From assembly GCF_004010195.1 (NCBI RefSeq), contig NC_057753.1, positions 10,123,358 through 10,187,357 of the forward strand: a DNA stretch of 64,000 nucleotides, given 5' to 3'. Shown one piece after another: positions 22,950 through 35,984 of the stretch (position 1 is its first letter; every line of letters begins with the position of its first letter). The DNA comes from Chiloscyllium plagiosum. Taxonomy: Eukaryota. The translations under genes and the position numbers were made by a program. The notes beneath the pieces were generated by a model that saw nothing but the letters and a program-made list of their open reading frames with translations, did no database searches and had not been told where the DNA came from.

Positions 22950-25335
22950 TGGGGATGTCTTCCTGCAGTTATGGGTCATTTACATATATTAAAGGCTGAA
23001 TTCATCTAATTTTTGAGCAACAATGAAGTGGATGTTTGTGGGGGAAAGCAAGAAAATGGTTTTAAGACCAGTATCGAACAGTTACAGAGTCATACAGCAC
23101 AGAAACAGCCCAACTAGTCCATGCTGACTATGTTCACAAACTAAATTAGTCCCACCTGCATGTGTTTGGCCCATATCCCTCCGAACCTTTCCTATTCCTG
23201 TACTTATCCAAATGTATATTAAAAGTAGCTGTACCTGCATCCACCACTTCCTCTGGACATTCATTCCACACATGTACCACTGTATAAAATAAAAAGGTGC
23301 TCATCCTGTCTTTTTAAAACCTTTCTCCTCTCTCCTTTCAAAAGTTGCTGCCTAATCTTGAAACCCCCAACCGAGGGAAACAACACCTGCCATTCACCTC
23401 ATGTATGCCTGTCATGAATTTATACACCTCTATAAGGTCACCCCTCAACCTCCTGTACTCCAGTGAAGAAAGTCCCAGCCTATCCACCTAGATGTCGTTA
23501 GATTCATATCCAGTTAAGGTCTGCTCAATGCTTGTGCAGGCTTGAAAGACCAAATGGCCAATTCCTGCTCCCAGTTCACATGCTCTATGTCCAAAGTTAA
23601 AAATCACACAACACAGGGTTAAGGTCCAATACGTTTATTTGGAAGCACTAACTTTCAGAGCGCTGCTCTTTCATCAGGTGGTTGTGGTGAATAAGATTGT
23701 AAGACACTGCATTTATAGCAAAGTTTACAGTGTGATGTAACTGAAATTACATATTGAAAAAGATCTGGATTGTTTGTTAAGTCTCTCCTCTTTTAGAATG
23801 ACCATGTTGGTTTCAGTTCTTGCTTATGTAAATAACAAAACCTCTTTTAAAAGTTACATTCCCAATTGGTGTCACATCGTCCCAGATAACGTATTGAAGG
23901 TGCGAGTTTCTCTATGTGAGGCTGTCTGTGCCACAATGGTCAGACTGATTCTAATCTAAAAAAAATGGATTAACAAAATCATGCAGTTTTGTGTCCAGGA
24001 CAGCAAGCCACCATCATCTATATGAGCAGAAATTAGGCCATTCAGTCTATCCGGTCTGCTCATACCATTCAATCGTGTCTAATAAGTTTCTCAACCGCAT
24101 TCTCCTACTTTCTCCCTGTAATCCTCGATCCCCTTGTACTCAGAACCTAACTATCTCAGTCTTAAATATCGTCAGTGACCTGGCCTCCACAGCCTTCTGT
24201 GGCAGTTAATTCCATAGATTCGTCACTCTCTGGCTGAAGATGTTTCTCCTTATCTCCATTTTAAAGGGTCTTCCCTTTACTCTTAGGACTGTGCCTTCAG
24301 GTCCTAGTCCCTCCTCCCAATGGAAACACCTTCCCAACATCCTCTCTGTCCAGGCTGTTCAGTATTCTGTATGTTTCAATTAGATCTCCCCTGAGTGTGG
24401 GCCTGTTAATCAGCATGAACCAGACCCTTCAGGATGAGGTGCAGCAGGGATTAAGTTCAGCAAAGTGAAGGAAAGTGTGTGGGATGGAGATTTTCAGCTT
24501 CGAGGGAATAAGAGAGGAAGGAGAATTCACTATAAATTAGAATTGACCGGATGAGCCAATGGGCCGAGGAGTGGTAGATGGAGTTTAATTTAGAGAAATG
24601 TGTGGTTTGCATTTTGGTCAAGCAATAAGGGCAGGACTGACACAGTTAAGGGGAGTGTTGCAGAACAAAGAGCCCTTGGAGTGCAGGTTCATAGTTCCTT
24701 GAAAGTGGAGTCGCAGGTAGCCAGGATAGTGGTGGTGGTGTTTGGTATGCTTTCCTTTATTGGTCAGAGCATTGAGTATAGATGTTGGGAGGTCATGTTG
24801 TGGCTGTACGTTGGTTAGGCCTCTTTTGGAATAGTGCATCCAGTTCTGGTCTCCCTGCTTTAGGAAAGAACTTGTGAAACTTTGAGAGGGGTCGGAAAAG
24901 ATTTGTGAGGATGTTGCTAGACTTGAAGGGTTTGAACTACAGGGAAAAGCTGAGTAGGTCAGGGAAATTTTCCCTGGAGCATCGGAGGCTGAGGGGCAGC
25001 CTTTTAGAGGTTTATAACGGGCATTGATAGGGTGAATATCCAAGGTCTTTTCCCCAAGGTAGGGGAGTCCAGAACTAGGGGGCATATGTTTGAAGTGAGA
25101 GGGGAATGATTTAAAAGGAACCTGAGGGGCAACGTTTTCACGCAGAGGGTTGTGCGTGTTTGAAATGAGCTGCCAGAGAAAATGGTGAGGTTGGTACAAT
25201 TATATTTAAAATGCATCTGGCTGGCTACACGAGTGGGAATGGTTTAGAACCATAAGTGTCACATGCTGGCTAATGGGACTAGATTAATTTCGGATATCTG
25301 TTTGGCACAGACGAGTTTGACCAAAGGTCTGTATC
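22950..25335 (-). repeat. Left arm of a ~2-kb inverted duplication flanking ZNF D
   Basis: Reverse complement is colinear with 28320-30222, including the non-TE spacers. Confidence 0.75.
23594..23988 (-). mobile_element. PLE pseudo-LTR insertion with hammerhead motif
   Basis: CAC-CTGATGA-A-AGAGC-AGC-GCTCT-GAAA-GTTA-GTG at 23646-23680 (-); flanked by TATGTCCA/TGTGTCCA; absent at paralogous sites ~13405, ~14920 and ~29620. Confidence 0.8.
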
Positions 25336-25584
25336 CGTGCTGTATGACTCTAATCGTCTTCGGTGAAAGCAGAAGTGTGGTTGTGAAGACTGAACTTTCA
25401 AAGCAGCTTTCAAAGATGTTTTGCCCTTCCTGGGAGCAGAAGAAGTTACAATGAAATCTTTGATTTGTGAGACAGCAACTGAGTGAGTGTGGACATTTGG
25501 GAGTTTGGTGGAAAGTGGGAATTCATTGCACTGTGGGGATCAAGCCTTCCCTATCCAGTCATTTCAGCTGGTGGATGAGACTCG

Positions 25585-26008
25585 GCAGTTCATGCAGGCA
25601 GTCAATCCAGGTTATATGTTATAAATTCCTGCTTTGGAAATAGAACCAGTCTGACTCCAAACTGGGATACAGACAAATGCTGACCTCATACCTTTAATGC
25701 ATTGTCTGAGCTGAGATATCATCTTTTGTTATAAAGCCATATGTTATCTTGAGAGGGTGCCTGACAGGAAGTTCTGGGATTTACATATTAATGATGTCTG
25801 CAATCCATTCTAAAAGTTGAAAGACTTAACAATCCAGGTTTGTTCAATATATCATTTCAGTGGCAGGACTCAAATGTTTTGCCATAAATTCTGTGCCTTA
25901 TGGTCTTATTCTCCACAACCACGTGATGAAGGAGCAGTGCTCTGAACGATGGTCCTTCCAAATAACCTGTTGGAGTATAACCCAGGCTTGTGTGACTTTT
26001 AATTTTGT
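25585..26008 (+). mobile_element. PLE pseudo-LTR with decayed hammerhead, same insertion as 7178
   Basis: GTGATGAAGGAGCAGTGCTCTGAAC at ~25924; joined to SINE sequence CCACCCTAACCTGGACAA at the same point as in module B. Confidence 0.75.
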
Positions 26009-26444
26009 CCAGGTTAGGGTGGATTGACCATGCTAAATTACACAGTGTCCAGGGATGGGCAAGTTAGGGTGGATTGGCCAAGTGCTGGCAAATGGGACTA
26101 AATTGATTTTACAATATCTGGTCAGCATGGACCTTTTGGTCCAATTTGTCCATGCTGACCAGATATTGTTCAGTTTCCCGCTCGTGTCTGTGTTAATGCC
26201 TTGATGTGTCTGGTTATTCCACAAGCTGCATTCCCGATTCATCCTGACTTGACACATTTTGTTGTGCCTCCCAAAATCAGACCTGCTCACTCTCAGCAGT
26301 ATCCCAATGTTGTGAAAGAGATTAAGTTTCAGGTGGAGTTAACCAATATGCAGAGAGATGTCAGTCTTGACGTTTTTGCTTTTCTGCCCCTGCTGAATCA
26401 GCACCTTCAGGAGAATTAGTTGGAATGGAGTGAGAACAAAAGGG

Positions 26445-26530
26445 GGAGGGAGAGAGGGAGGGAGGGAGAGGGAGGGAGAGGGAGGGAGGGAGAGGGAGGG
26501 AGAGGGAGGGAGAGGGAGAGAGAGGGAGAG
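26445..26530. repeat. G/A-rich microsatellite (GGGA/GAGG)n in the intron before the ZNF D exon
   Basis: Seen directly; shorter versions in paralogs (1128-1172, ~32440). Confidence 0.9.
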
Positions 26531-27003
26531 ATTTCAGTTTTGTAGACTAACAAAAGAAAAGAATGTTCTGTAGAAAGTAGAATTGCTTGTTCTGAATTTT
26601 CACCCAGCACTGACAGTGATGACTTCTGTAATCTTTTCTTAGAGTATTTGAAGATCTGAAGTATTGACTCACCTGCTCCTCGGATACTGTCTGACCTGCT
26701 GTGCTTTTCCAGCACCGCACTTTTCGACACTGACTCTCCCACGTCTGCGGTCCTCACTTTCACGTCACTATCTGACAGTCATTCAATCGATCGGGAGCGC
26801 AACGATTTTTGACTACAATTCTGTGAGAAGGAGCAAAGTTTTTTGGTTCCTGTTTGAGTACGTCTTCATTAAGAGTGGGCCTAGATGAGAGACCCTACTG
26901 TTGCAGCGCACTGAGTGTGGAGCCTGAAACAGTGATACGGCCTGGAAAGAGAAATTCACAGCAGGGAGGGGCTGTACATGTGTTTGTGGCTAAAGCTTCG
27001 GAC

Positions 27004-27693
27004 ATGAAGAAACCGTGGAAGTGTGGTAACTGTGGGAAAGGCTTCCGTACTCCGTCTGACCTGGAGATTCATCGACGCAGTCACACCGGGGAGAGGCCAT
27101 TCTCCTGTCCCAAGTGCGGGAAGGGCTTTGCCCAGACCTCTGCCCTGCGGAGGCACCAGCGGGTCCACACGGGGGAGAGGCCCTTCAGCTGCTCCGATTG
27201 CGGGAAGGCCTTCAGCCGTTCCTCCGATTGGCTGACCCACCGGTGGGTCCACACGGGGGAGAAGCCCTTCAGCTGCCCCGAGTGCGGGAAGGCCTTCAGT
27301 GATTCCTCCAACCTGCGGAGGCACCGGCGGGTCCACACGGGGGAGACCCCCTTCAGCTGCTGTGAGTGCGGGAAGGCCTTCAGCAATTCCTCTAATCTGC
27401 TAACCCACCGGCGGGTCCACACAGGGGAGACCCCCTTCAGCTGCCCCGATTGTGGGAAGGCCTTCAGCAATTCCTCTAATCTGCTGACCCACCGGCAGGT
27501 CCACACAGGGGAACGCCCCTTCAGCTGTCCCGAGTGCGGGAAGACCTTCAGCAATTCCTCCTACCTGCTGAGGCACCAACGGATCCACACGGGGGAAAGG
27601 CCCTTCAGCTGCCCTGAGTGTGGGAAAGGCTTCAACTGCTCCTCCCTCCTGCGGAGGCACCAGCAAATTCACGTGCCGTTGCACGGGGATTGA
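27004..27693 (+). CDS. Tandem C2H2 zinc-finger protein (module D), 8 fingers, 229 aa from the ATG
   Basis: [14 protein letters not shown] followed by 8 complete CxxC-x12-HxxxH fingers with TGE(R/K/T)P linkers; acceptor TTTTCTTAG before 26643; AATAAA at 27860. The ORF track start at 26854 is a non-ATG codon. Confidence 0.9.
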   Translation: MKKPWKCGNCGKGFRTPSDLEIHRRSHTGERPFSCPKCGKGFAQTSALRRHQRVHTGERPFSCSDCGKAFSRSSDWLTHRWVHTGEKPFSCPECGKAFSDSSNLRRHRRVHTGETPFSCCECGKAFSNSSNLLTHRRVHTGETPFSCPDCGKAFSNSSNLLTHRQVHTGERPFSCPECGKTFSNSSYLLRHQRIHTGERPFSCPECGKGFNCSSLLRRHQQIHVPLHGD

Positions 27694-28319
27694 AGCGGCA
27701 ACGTCAGAGTGCCATTATCGACCAGTTCTGGGATCTGCCAGTTTTGAATCACACCGTGGCAGATAGCGGAATTGGAATTCAGTCAGAATCTAACAGTGAA
27801 ACCATTGCGGGGGGGGGGGGGGGATGCGGGAGAGAGAAGCTGTAACCAAGTTGGGTCACAATAAAGGTTACCTGAACTTACCACCAGTCTCAGACTCTCA
27901 TTGAAAGCATTTAGCTCCAAAAGGTTTTTGTTTTAAAACGGCTCATTTCTTTCAGCCTCCTGCACTAAGTTTCCAATGTCGTGGAGCAGATTGAGCAGTG
28001 AATGAGTAGCTAGTATCGTTAGAAAATGTAAATCTTTCAGGAGTGCAGGTACTGCATCGTTTTGTCAACATTGTAAAGTTTACTGGCAGCACTGGGAGGT
28101 GTGGGCTGTGTTCATTCGAAACTCTTAGCTTTAAAATTGAGAATAGCTAAAATGATATATTCAGAAACATCGTTAAAGTCTGAAAGTGTGTTCAATTTTT
28201 TAAGAGCTGCTGAAATCTTCCTGAAACTTGCACTGAAATATGTGCAGTTCAACCACAGCTATAAGGGGGGGATGGCTTATACCTCGTTTTGTGAAATTGG
28301 TTTCAATGATGTAGAAATA

Positions 28320-30222
28320 GTCATGGAGTTGTAGAGCTGGAAACAAATCCTTCAGTCCATATCTTAAATGAATCTAGTGACCCATTTGCTAGCATTTGGC
28401 CATGTCCATCTGTACCCTTCCTATTCATATCCCCATCCAGATGCCTTTTAAATGTTGTAATTGTACCAGTCTCCAGCACTTCTGCCGGCAGCTCATTCCA
28501 TACACGCACCACCCTCTGCATGAAAATGTTGCTCCTCAGGTCCCTTTCCCCACTCACCTTAAACCTATGCCTCTTTAGTACTGGACTTCCCTAACTAGGG
28601 AAAGACGTTGGGTATTCACCCGATCAATGTCCCTTATAAACGTCTATAAGGTTAGCCCTCAGCCTCCGATGGTCCAGGGAAAATATCCCTGGCCTATTTA
28701 GCCCCTTCCTGCAGCGCAAACCCTCCAAACCTGACAACAGATTTAAATATTTTCCGAACCCTCCCAAAGCTTCATAACATCGTTCACCACTAGAGAGACC
28801 TGAACAGAACACAGCATTCCAAAAGTGGCCGAACCAATGTCCTGTACAGCCACAATATGATCTCCCAACTCCTATACTCAATGCTCTGACTAATAAAGGA
28901 AAGCATACCAAACACCTCCTTCACTATCCTGCCTACCTGAGACTCTACTTTCAAGGAACTATGAACCTGCACTCCAAGGTCTCTTTCTTCTTCAACACTT
29001 CCCCCTAACTGTCAGTCCTGCTGGATTGCTTGACCAAAATGCAACACCTCAATTTCTCTAAATTAAACTTCATCTCCAACTCCTCGGGGCATCAGCCCAT
29101 CCAATCAATTCTAATTTGTGCTGAACTCTTTCTTTTTTTCCCTGGAAGTTTAAAATCTCCAACCCACACTTTGCTGAACCTAATCCCTGCTCGACCTCAT
29201 CCTGAAGGATCTGGCTCATGCTGATTAACAGGCCCACACTCGAGGGATCTAACTGAAACATACAGAATACTGAACAGCCTGGACATTGGGAAGATGTTTC
29301 CATTGGTAGGTGAGACTAGGACCCAAGGGGACAGCCTTCGAGTAAAGGGAAGACCTTTTAGACTGGAGATAAAGAGAAACTTCTTCAGCCAGAGAGTGGT
29401 GAATCTATGGAATTCATTTCCAGAAAGATGTGGAGGCTAGGTCACTGAGGATATTTAAGACAGAGAGAGGTTTCTCAACTCCATTCTCCCACTTTCTCCC
29501 CATAATCCTCGATCCCCTTGATACTCAAGAACCTTCCAGCCACAATTGTGTGGTATGAATAGACTCGATGAGCTGAATGGCCTAATTTCTGCTCCTACAT
29601 CTTGTGGTTTCTTGCTGTCTTGGACGCAGTGAGAGAGAATTGGGAGCAGGAGTAGACCATTTGCACTTTCAAGCTTGCACCAGCATTGACCAGATCATAA
29701 TTGGATATGAATCTACTTCCATCGAGATAAAGACTGGGATATTTTCACTGGAGCATAAGAGATTGAGAGGTGACTTTATGGAGGTTTATAAAATCATGAG
29801 GTCAATGGCAGGTGTCACTTCAAGATTTGGGAGCGAAGTTTTTAAGGTGAGAGGAGAAATATTTTAAAAAGACATGAGCACCTTTTGTTTTTAAACACAG
29901 ATGTTTGTGTGTGGTATGGTGAATGGTGGATGCAGGTAGAGTTACAACGTTTAAAAGACATTTGGATAAGTACATGAATAGGAAAAGCACAGAGGGATAT
30001 GGCCCAAACACTGGCAAGTGGGACTAGTCAATATTGTCAGCATTGACTAATTGGACTGAAGAATATGTTTCTGTACTGTATGACTCTGTAACTGTTCTGT
30101 ACTGGTTTTAAAATCATTTTCTTTCCTCCTTCCACAACCATCCACTTTGTTGTTCAAAAGTCAGATGAACTCAGCTTTGACTTTATTCAACGACATCCTA
30201 ACTGCAGGAAGACATCCCTACA
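28320..30222 (+). repeat. Right arm of the inverted duplication; also a direct copy of ~12090-13960
   Basis: Same order of CR1 fragments and spacers. Confidence 0.75.
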
Positions 30223-31254
30223 TTGGTATTTGTGTTTAGAGCTAACAAAGGAGCAAGAGATTTCAGCAGCTGCTGCACTGTTGGTATTGCACAAGGGAAA
30301 ACCAGCACTCTCAGTAATGGCACATACTCAAGCCAGGGCCTTGGATCAAAGGTAAGGTCACGGGAACCATAAGAAATAGGAACAGGAGAAGGCCATTGAG
30401 CCTGCTTCTCCATTCAGTAGGATCGTGGCTGATCTGACATTCCCCACATCCACTTTCCTGCCCTTTCCCTGTAACCGTTGATCCCCCGAACGAACACGAA
30501 TCTATCAATCCTAGTTTTAAATGTCACAGGAAGGCTGTCAATGTTTTAAATGTGAAAGTCTGGGAAACATGGCAATTGCTAATTTAACAATATTATATCC
30601 AAACCAACACGTCCATTGATGCGATAATAACAAACTTTTTTTATTTAGAAGTTTCTCAACAACACAGTAAGAAGTAACAAAACTAACACAAGAGACACTG
30701 CAATTGTTACTGTGTGCCTGCTCCTATTTGGAGACTAGCTGGTATTCTGTTAACTGTCTATCCAGTTCATAGCTATAAGAGGGGAGACACAGACTGCCTG
30801 ATACAGACAGACAAGCGACAGGAGAAGGCCACTTGGCCCTTCGAGCCTACCCCACCACTCAATAAGATCAATGGCTGATCTGATGTGAACCTCACCTCTA
30901 CATTCCTACACATCCCCAACAACCTTTCAGCTGCTTGGTTCGCAAGAACCTATCGACTCTGCCTTAAAGATTCTGAATCCACTGCCTTTTGAAGACACAC
31001 AACCCTCAGAGAGAAAAGAAATCACCCTCATTTCTGTCTTAAATGTGCAATCCCATACTTTTAGATTATGATTCCCTAGATTAAGATTAGGATACAACCT
31101 CCATTCAAATATCATCTATGGTACAGTTCACTATCTCAAAGTGCTTCACGTGAACATAATGAGAATTCCTTTAAAAATCACAAGACCGGAGCACAGGTTA
31201 GGACAGGTGACTAAAGACTTGGTCAAAGGGGCAGATTTAAGGCAGCCTTTTAAA

Positions 31255-31922
<668 letters not shown>

Positions 31923-32789
31923 GGCTGAAGCTTCAGCCGCACACAAACATGTGTACAGCCCCTCCTCGCATGAATTCCTCTTTCCAGGCCGTATAACTGT
32001 TTCAGTCTCCACACTCAGTGCAGTGCAACAATAGGGTGTCTCATCCAGTCCCACTGATGCTGAAATTGTATCAAAACAGGAACTAAAATGCTTGGCTCCT
32101 TCTCACAAAATCATAATCGAAAATTGTTGCGGTCCTGATGGATTGGGTAACTGTCAGATATTGACGTGAAAGTGAGGACTGCAGACGCTGGAGAGTCAGA
32201 GTCGAGAAGTGCAGCACTGGATCAGGTCAGGCAGCATCCGAGGAGCAGGAGAGTCAACATTTCGGGCACAAGCCCTTCATCTGTTGATTTTGAAACTTCC
32301 GTCTTCAGACCTTCAAATACCCTGTAACAAGAGATTATAGAAGTCATCACTGTCAGTCCATGGTAGAAATACAGAACAAGCAATTCTACTTTTTGCAGAA
32401 CTTTTTTTGCTTTTGCACAAAATTGAAAGCACCATCCCACTCTCTCCCTCTATTCTCACTCGGCTCTAGCTAATTCTCCTGACAGTGATGATTGAGGATC
32501 TTACTGGAATACAAACTGACGTCTGAATTTTGGATAACTCCGCCTGAAAGTTAATACCTTTTATGACATTGGGATACTGCTGAGTGTGAGCAGGTCTGAT
32601 TTTGAGAAGCAAAAATAAGTGTGTCAGTTCAGGATGAACCTGCAATGCAGCTTCTTGAGGAACATCCAGACACAAAATGGTTAATGTCGGGGGTGCGGTG
32701 AGGTGGGAGGAGGTGGAAATGAGACAAAGGCATTGACACCAACACCAGAGAGAAGCCGAACATACAGATGTAGCAACCGTTAGTGGCAA

Positions 32790-33735
32790 GCCAGAGTCAT
32801 AGAGATATACAGCACAGAAACACACCCTTCGGTCCAACTTGTCCATGGCGTCCAGATATCCTAACCTAATCAAGTTCCATTAGCCAGCATTTGGCCCATA
32901 TCACTCTAAACGTTTCCTATTCATATACTTTTCATCCAGATGCTTTTTAAATATTGTAATTGTACCAGCCTCCTTCACTTCCTCTGGCAGCTCATTCCAT
33001 CCACGCACCACACTCAGAATGCACTTCAGGTCCCGTTTAAATCTCCCCCCTCCTCACCCTAAACCTTCTACCCTCTGGGGAGCATGGTGACTCAGTGGTT
33101 AGCACTGCTGCTTCACAGAGCCAGGGATCTAGGTTCAATTCCCGCCTTGGGCGACTGTCTGTGTGGAGTTTGCATATTCGCCCTGCGTCTGTGTGGGTTT
33201 CCTCCAGGTGCTCGGTTTCCTCCCACAATCCAAAGATGTGCAGGTTACTTGAATTGCCTGCAAAATTGCCCATAGTGCCCTGGGATGTGTAGGTTAGGTG
33301 CATTAATCTGGGGTAAATGTAGAAGAGTGGGGGAATAAGTCTAGGTGGGTACTCTTCAGAGGGTCAGTGTGGACTGTGGAGCTGAAGGGCCTGTTTCCAC
33401 ATTGTAGGGATTCTTGGTCTCTAAGTAGTTGTGGACTCCCCCATCCCAGGGAAAATACCTTAACTATCATACCCTATCCATGCCCCTCATGATTTTACAA
33501 ACATCTATAAGGTCACCCCTCAGCTTCTGGTGCCCTTGGGAAAACAGCTCCTGCCTATTCAGCTCAAACTCTCAAACCCTGGCAACATCCTTGTAAATAT
33601 TTTCAGAACTCTTCAGGTTTCCCGACATCCTTCCGATTGGAGCAAGACTAGAATTACACACAATATTCCAAAAGTGACCTAACCAATGTCCTGTGCAGCC
33701 ACAACATAACCTCCTAACTCTTATACTCAACTAGA
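32790..33735 (-). mobile_element. CR1 3' fragment with a nested plus-strand SINE (33082-33412)
   Basis: CR1 3' UTR and RT C-terminal sequence interrupted by a full SINE. Confidence 0.75.
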
Positions 33736-34559
33736 GGAAAGTTTTCAAAACCTCCACAAAAAAACAAAGGAAAGAATGGAGGGTCAAACCAAACTTTTGA
33801 GGGTCAGCTTGGAAGAATCAACGCCTCAGGGTATAGATCCTTTTGTTACATAATGATCGTTCAATTTTGTGACCAAAATAATGTATTGTTTCAGACAGTA
33901 CATTTACGTGATGCGATACAATTCCCTGTTCTCAACTTTACCAGGATGTTGCCAGGAATGGTTTGAGTTATAAGGAGAGTCTGGATAGGCTGGGACGTTT
34001 TTCCACTGGAGCCAAGGAAATTGAGAGGTGACTTTATAGAGGTTTATAAAATCATAGGGGTATAAATAAGGTGTCTTTTCCCTAAGGTTGACAGGCAGAA
34101 GGCTCATAGAATCCTAACAGTGTGGAAACAGGCCCTTCGGCCCAACAAGTCCACACCGACCCACCGAAGAGTAACCTACGCAGACCCATTTCCCAACATT
34201 TATCCCTCATTAATGCACGTAACCTACACATCTATGAGCAACTGAGCATTGCGAATTCATCCAATCTGCACATCTTTGGATTGTGGGAAACCAGAGCACC
34301 TGGAGGAAAACTACACAGACACGTTGGGCGATGGGGGTGTGGAGAATGTGTAAACTCGACACAGTCACCCACCCCGAGGCTGGAATCGAAGCTGAGCCCC
34401 AGGCGCTGAGGCAGCACTGCTAACCACTGAGCCACAGTGCCACCATAGACTGAACCTCTACTATTCTATATCCAACGTAGAATTCCCCCAGCTCAAATAG
34501 TTTTTCAGTTTCATATCCGGTATATAAAATAATCGGAAGTTTGCAAAACTCTGCTCCTC

Positions 34560-34755
34560 TCACCTCCAGTCGGAGAACTCACTCGCTGTTCGAAATTCGC
34601 GCCCTGTTTCGGGCCGCTCGAGGCCCCGCCCCCACGCTGTGTCCATCTTCAGGCCACGCCCCACAGTGCCGCGGCAATTAGTCCCCGCCCCCGGGCTGCT
34701 GTGGACTACAGGTCCCGCCCCCACACCTCCGCAGCCTCAAGGCCCGCCCCGCGGA
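34560..34755 (-). promoter_or_regulatory. CpG-island promoter and probable first exon of ZNF module E
   Basis: Several GC boxes, ACTACAGGTCCC (ACTACAnnTCCC motif associated with ZNF143/THAP11) near 34705, and a minus-strand donor GTGAGT at 34582-34577. Confidence 0.6.
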
Positions 34756-35121
34756 GCCTCTGCGACGTCTCCCCGCCCCCACGCGGCCGCTGCCTCCAGG
34801 CCCCGCCTCCACGTCGCCTCTGCGACGTCTCCGCGCCCCCACGCTGCCGCTGCCTCCAGGCCCCGCCTCCACGTCGCCTCTGCGACGTCTCCCCGCCCCC
34901 ACGCGGGCCGCTGCCTCCAGGCCCCGCCTCCACGTCGCCACTGCAACGTCTCCCCGCCCCCACGCTGCCGCTGCCTCCAGGCCCCGCCTCCACGTCGCCA
35001 CTGCAACGTCTCCCCGCCCCCACGCTGCCGCTGCCTCCAGGCCCCGCCTCCACGTCGCCTCTGCGACGTCTCCCTGCCCCCACGCGGGCCGCTGCCTCCA
35101 GGCCCCGCCTCCACGTCGCCT
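34756..35121. repeat. GC-rich minisatellite, 60-61 bp unit, about 6 copies
   Basis: Unit GCCTCTGCGACGTCTCCCCGCCCCCACGCTGCCGCTGCCTCCAGGCCCCGCCTCCACGTC. Confidence 0.95.
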
Positions 35122-35524
35122 CCGCCTTCATGTGGGATGGGACAGAGGGTTTCTCTTTGTTTCGTTACTAGACTCTTAATTTATATTGCATTCAGATTCC
35201 ACCATCTGCCATGGCAGGTTTTGAACCCAGGTCCCAAGACCATTACCTGGGTGAATAGTCTGGTGACAATATCCCCTGAGCATATTAGCGTATTGTGTTG
35301 AGAGGTAGCAAAGGAAGAGCAAGGGGCTTCAGCAGCTGCTGAGCTGTTGATATTACACAAGGGAACATCAGCATTCTCAGTAATGGCACATACTGAAGCC
35401 AGGGCCTCACATCAGAGGTAAGGCCATGGGGAGTCACAAGGAATAGGAACAGGAGTATGCCATTCGGCCCCTTGAGCCTGCTCCTCCATTCAATAGGATC
35501 ATGCCTGACCTGACATTCCTCACG

Positions 35525-35667
35525 GGGTAAAAACAATGACTGCAGATGCTGGAAACCAGATTCTGGATCAGTGGTGCTGGAAGAGCACAGCAGTTCAGAC
35601 AGCATCCAACGAGCAGCGAAATCGACGTTTCGGGCAAAAGCCCTTCATCAGGAATAAAGGCAGAGAG
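35525..35667 (-). mobile_element. Short PLE-derived insertion with intact hammerhead core
   Basis: CTGATGA-A-GGGC-TTTT-GCCC-GAAAC-GTC at 35651-35624; the paralogous site near 30445 is empty. Confidence 0.8.
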
Positions 35668-35984
35668 CCACGTCCACTTTCCTGCCTTTTCCTTGTAACC
35701 GCTGATCCCCGACTGATCATGAATCGATAGTTCCTAGTTTTAAATGCTAATTTTCTAAAACCTGATCGTTTGGCCATTAAGAACTTGAGGGTATTGCCGA
35801 AAAAATATATCTGAGGGTGTGCCTGGGGGGCGTATATTTGAGGGGAGGAGTGTTTTTGAGGTGAGTATCTGGGGTGATATTTGATGGTGGAGTGCATGTG
35901 AGGGGGTATGGGGGTGATAATTGTGTGACTGTCTTGGAATCAGGTGCAGGGCCCTAGTCTTATGCAAAGTGGCTGAGCAGAAAG

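Noticed and set aside
26170..26440. KRAB-like or other coding upstream exon in the block shared with 32470-32680 and 57610-58790
   Set aside because: No consistent open frame or recognisable domain across paralogs; more likely a non-coding exon or intron.
26956..27684. Antisense and alternate-frame ORFs over zinc-finger arrays (also 31141-31928, 56160-57109, 62472-63655)
   Set aside because: Typical shadow ORFs of repetitive C2H2 codons.
34756..35121. CRISPR-like periodic array
   Set aside because: Units are contiguous with no unique spacers, and the context is eukaryotic.
34639..35301. Long Pro/Ala/Arg-rich ORFs on both strands
   Set aside because: They are translations of the GC-rich 60-bp minisatellite, which lacks stop codons by composition.
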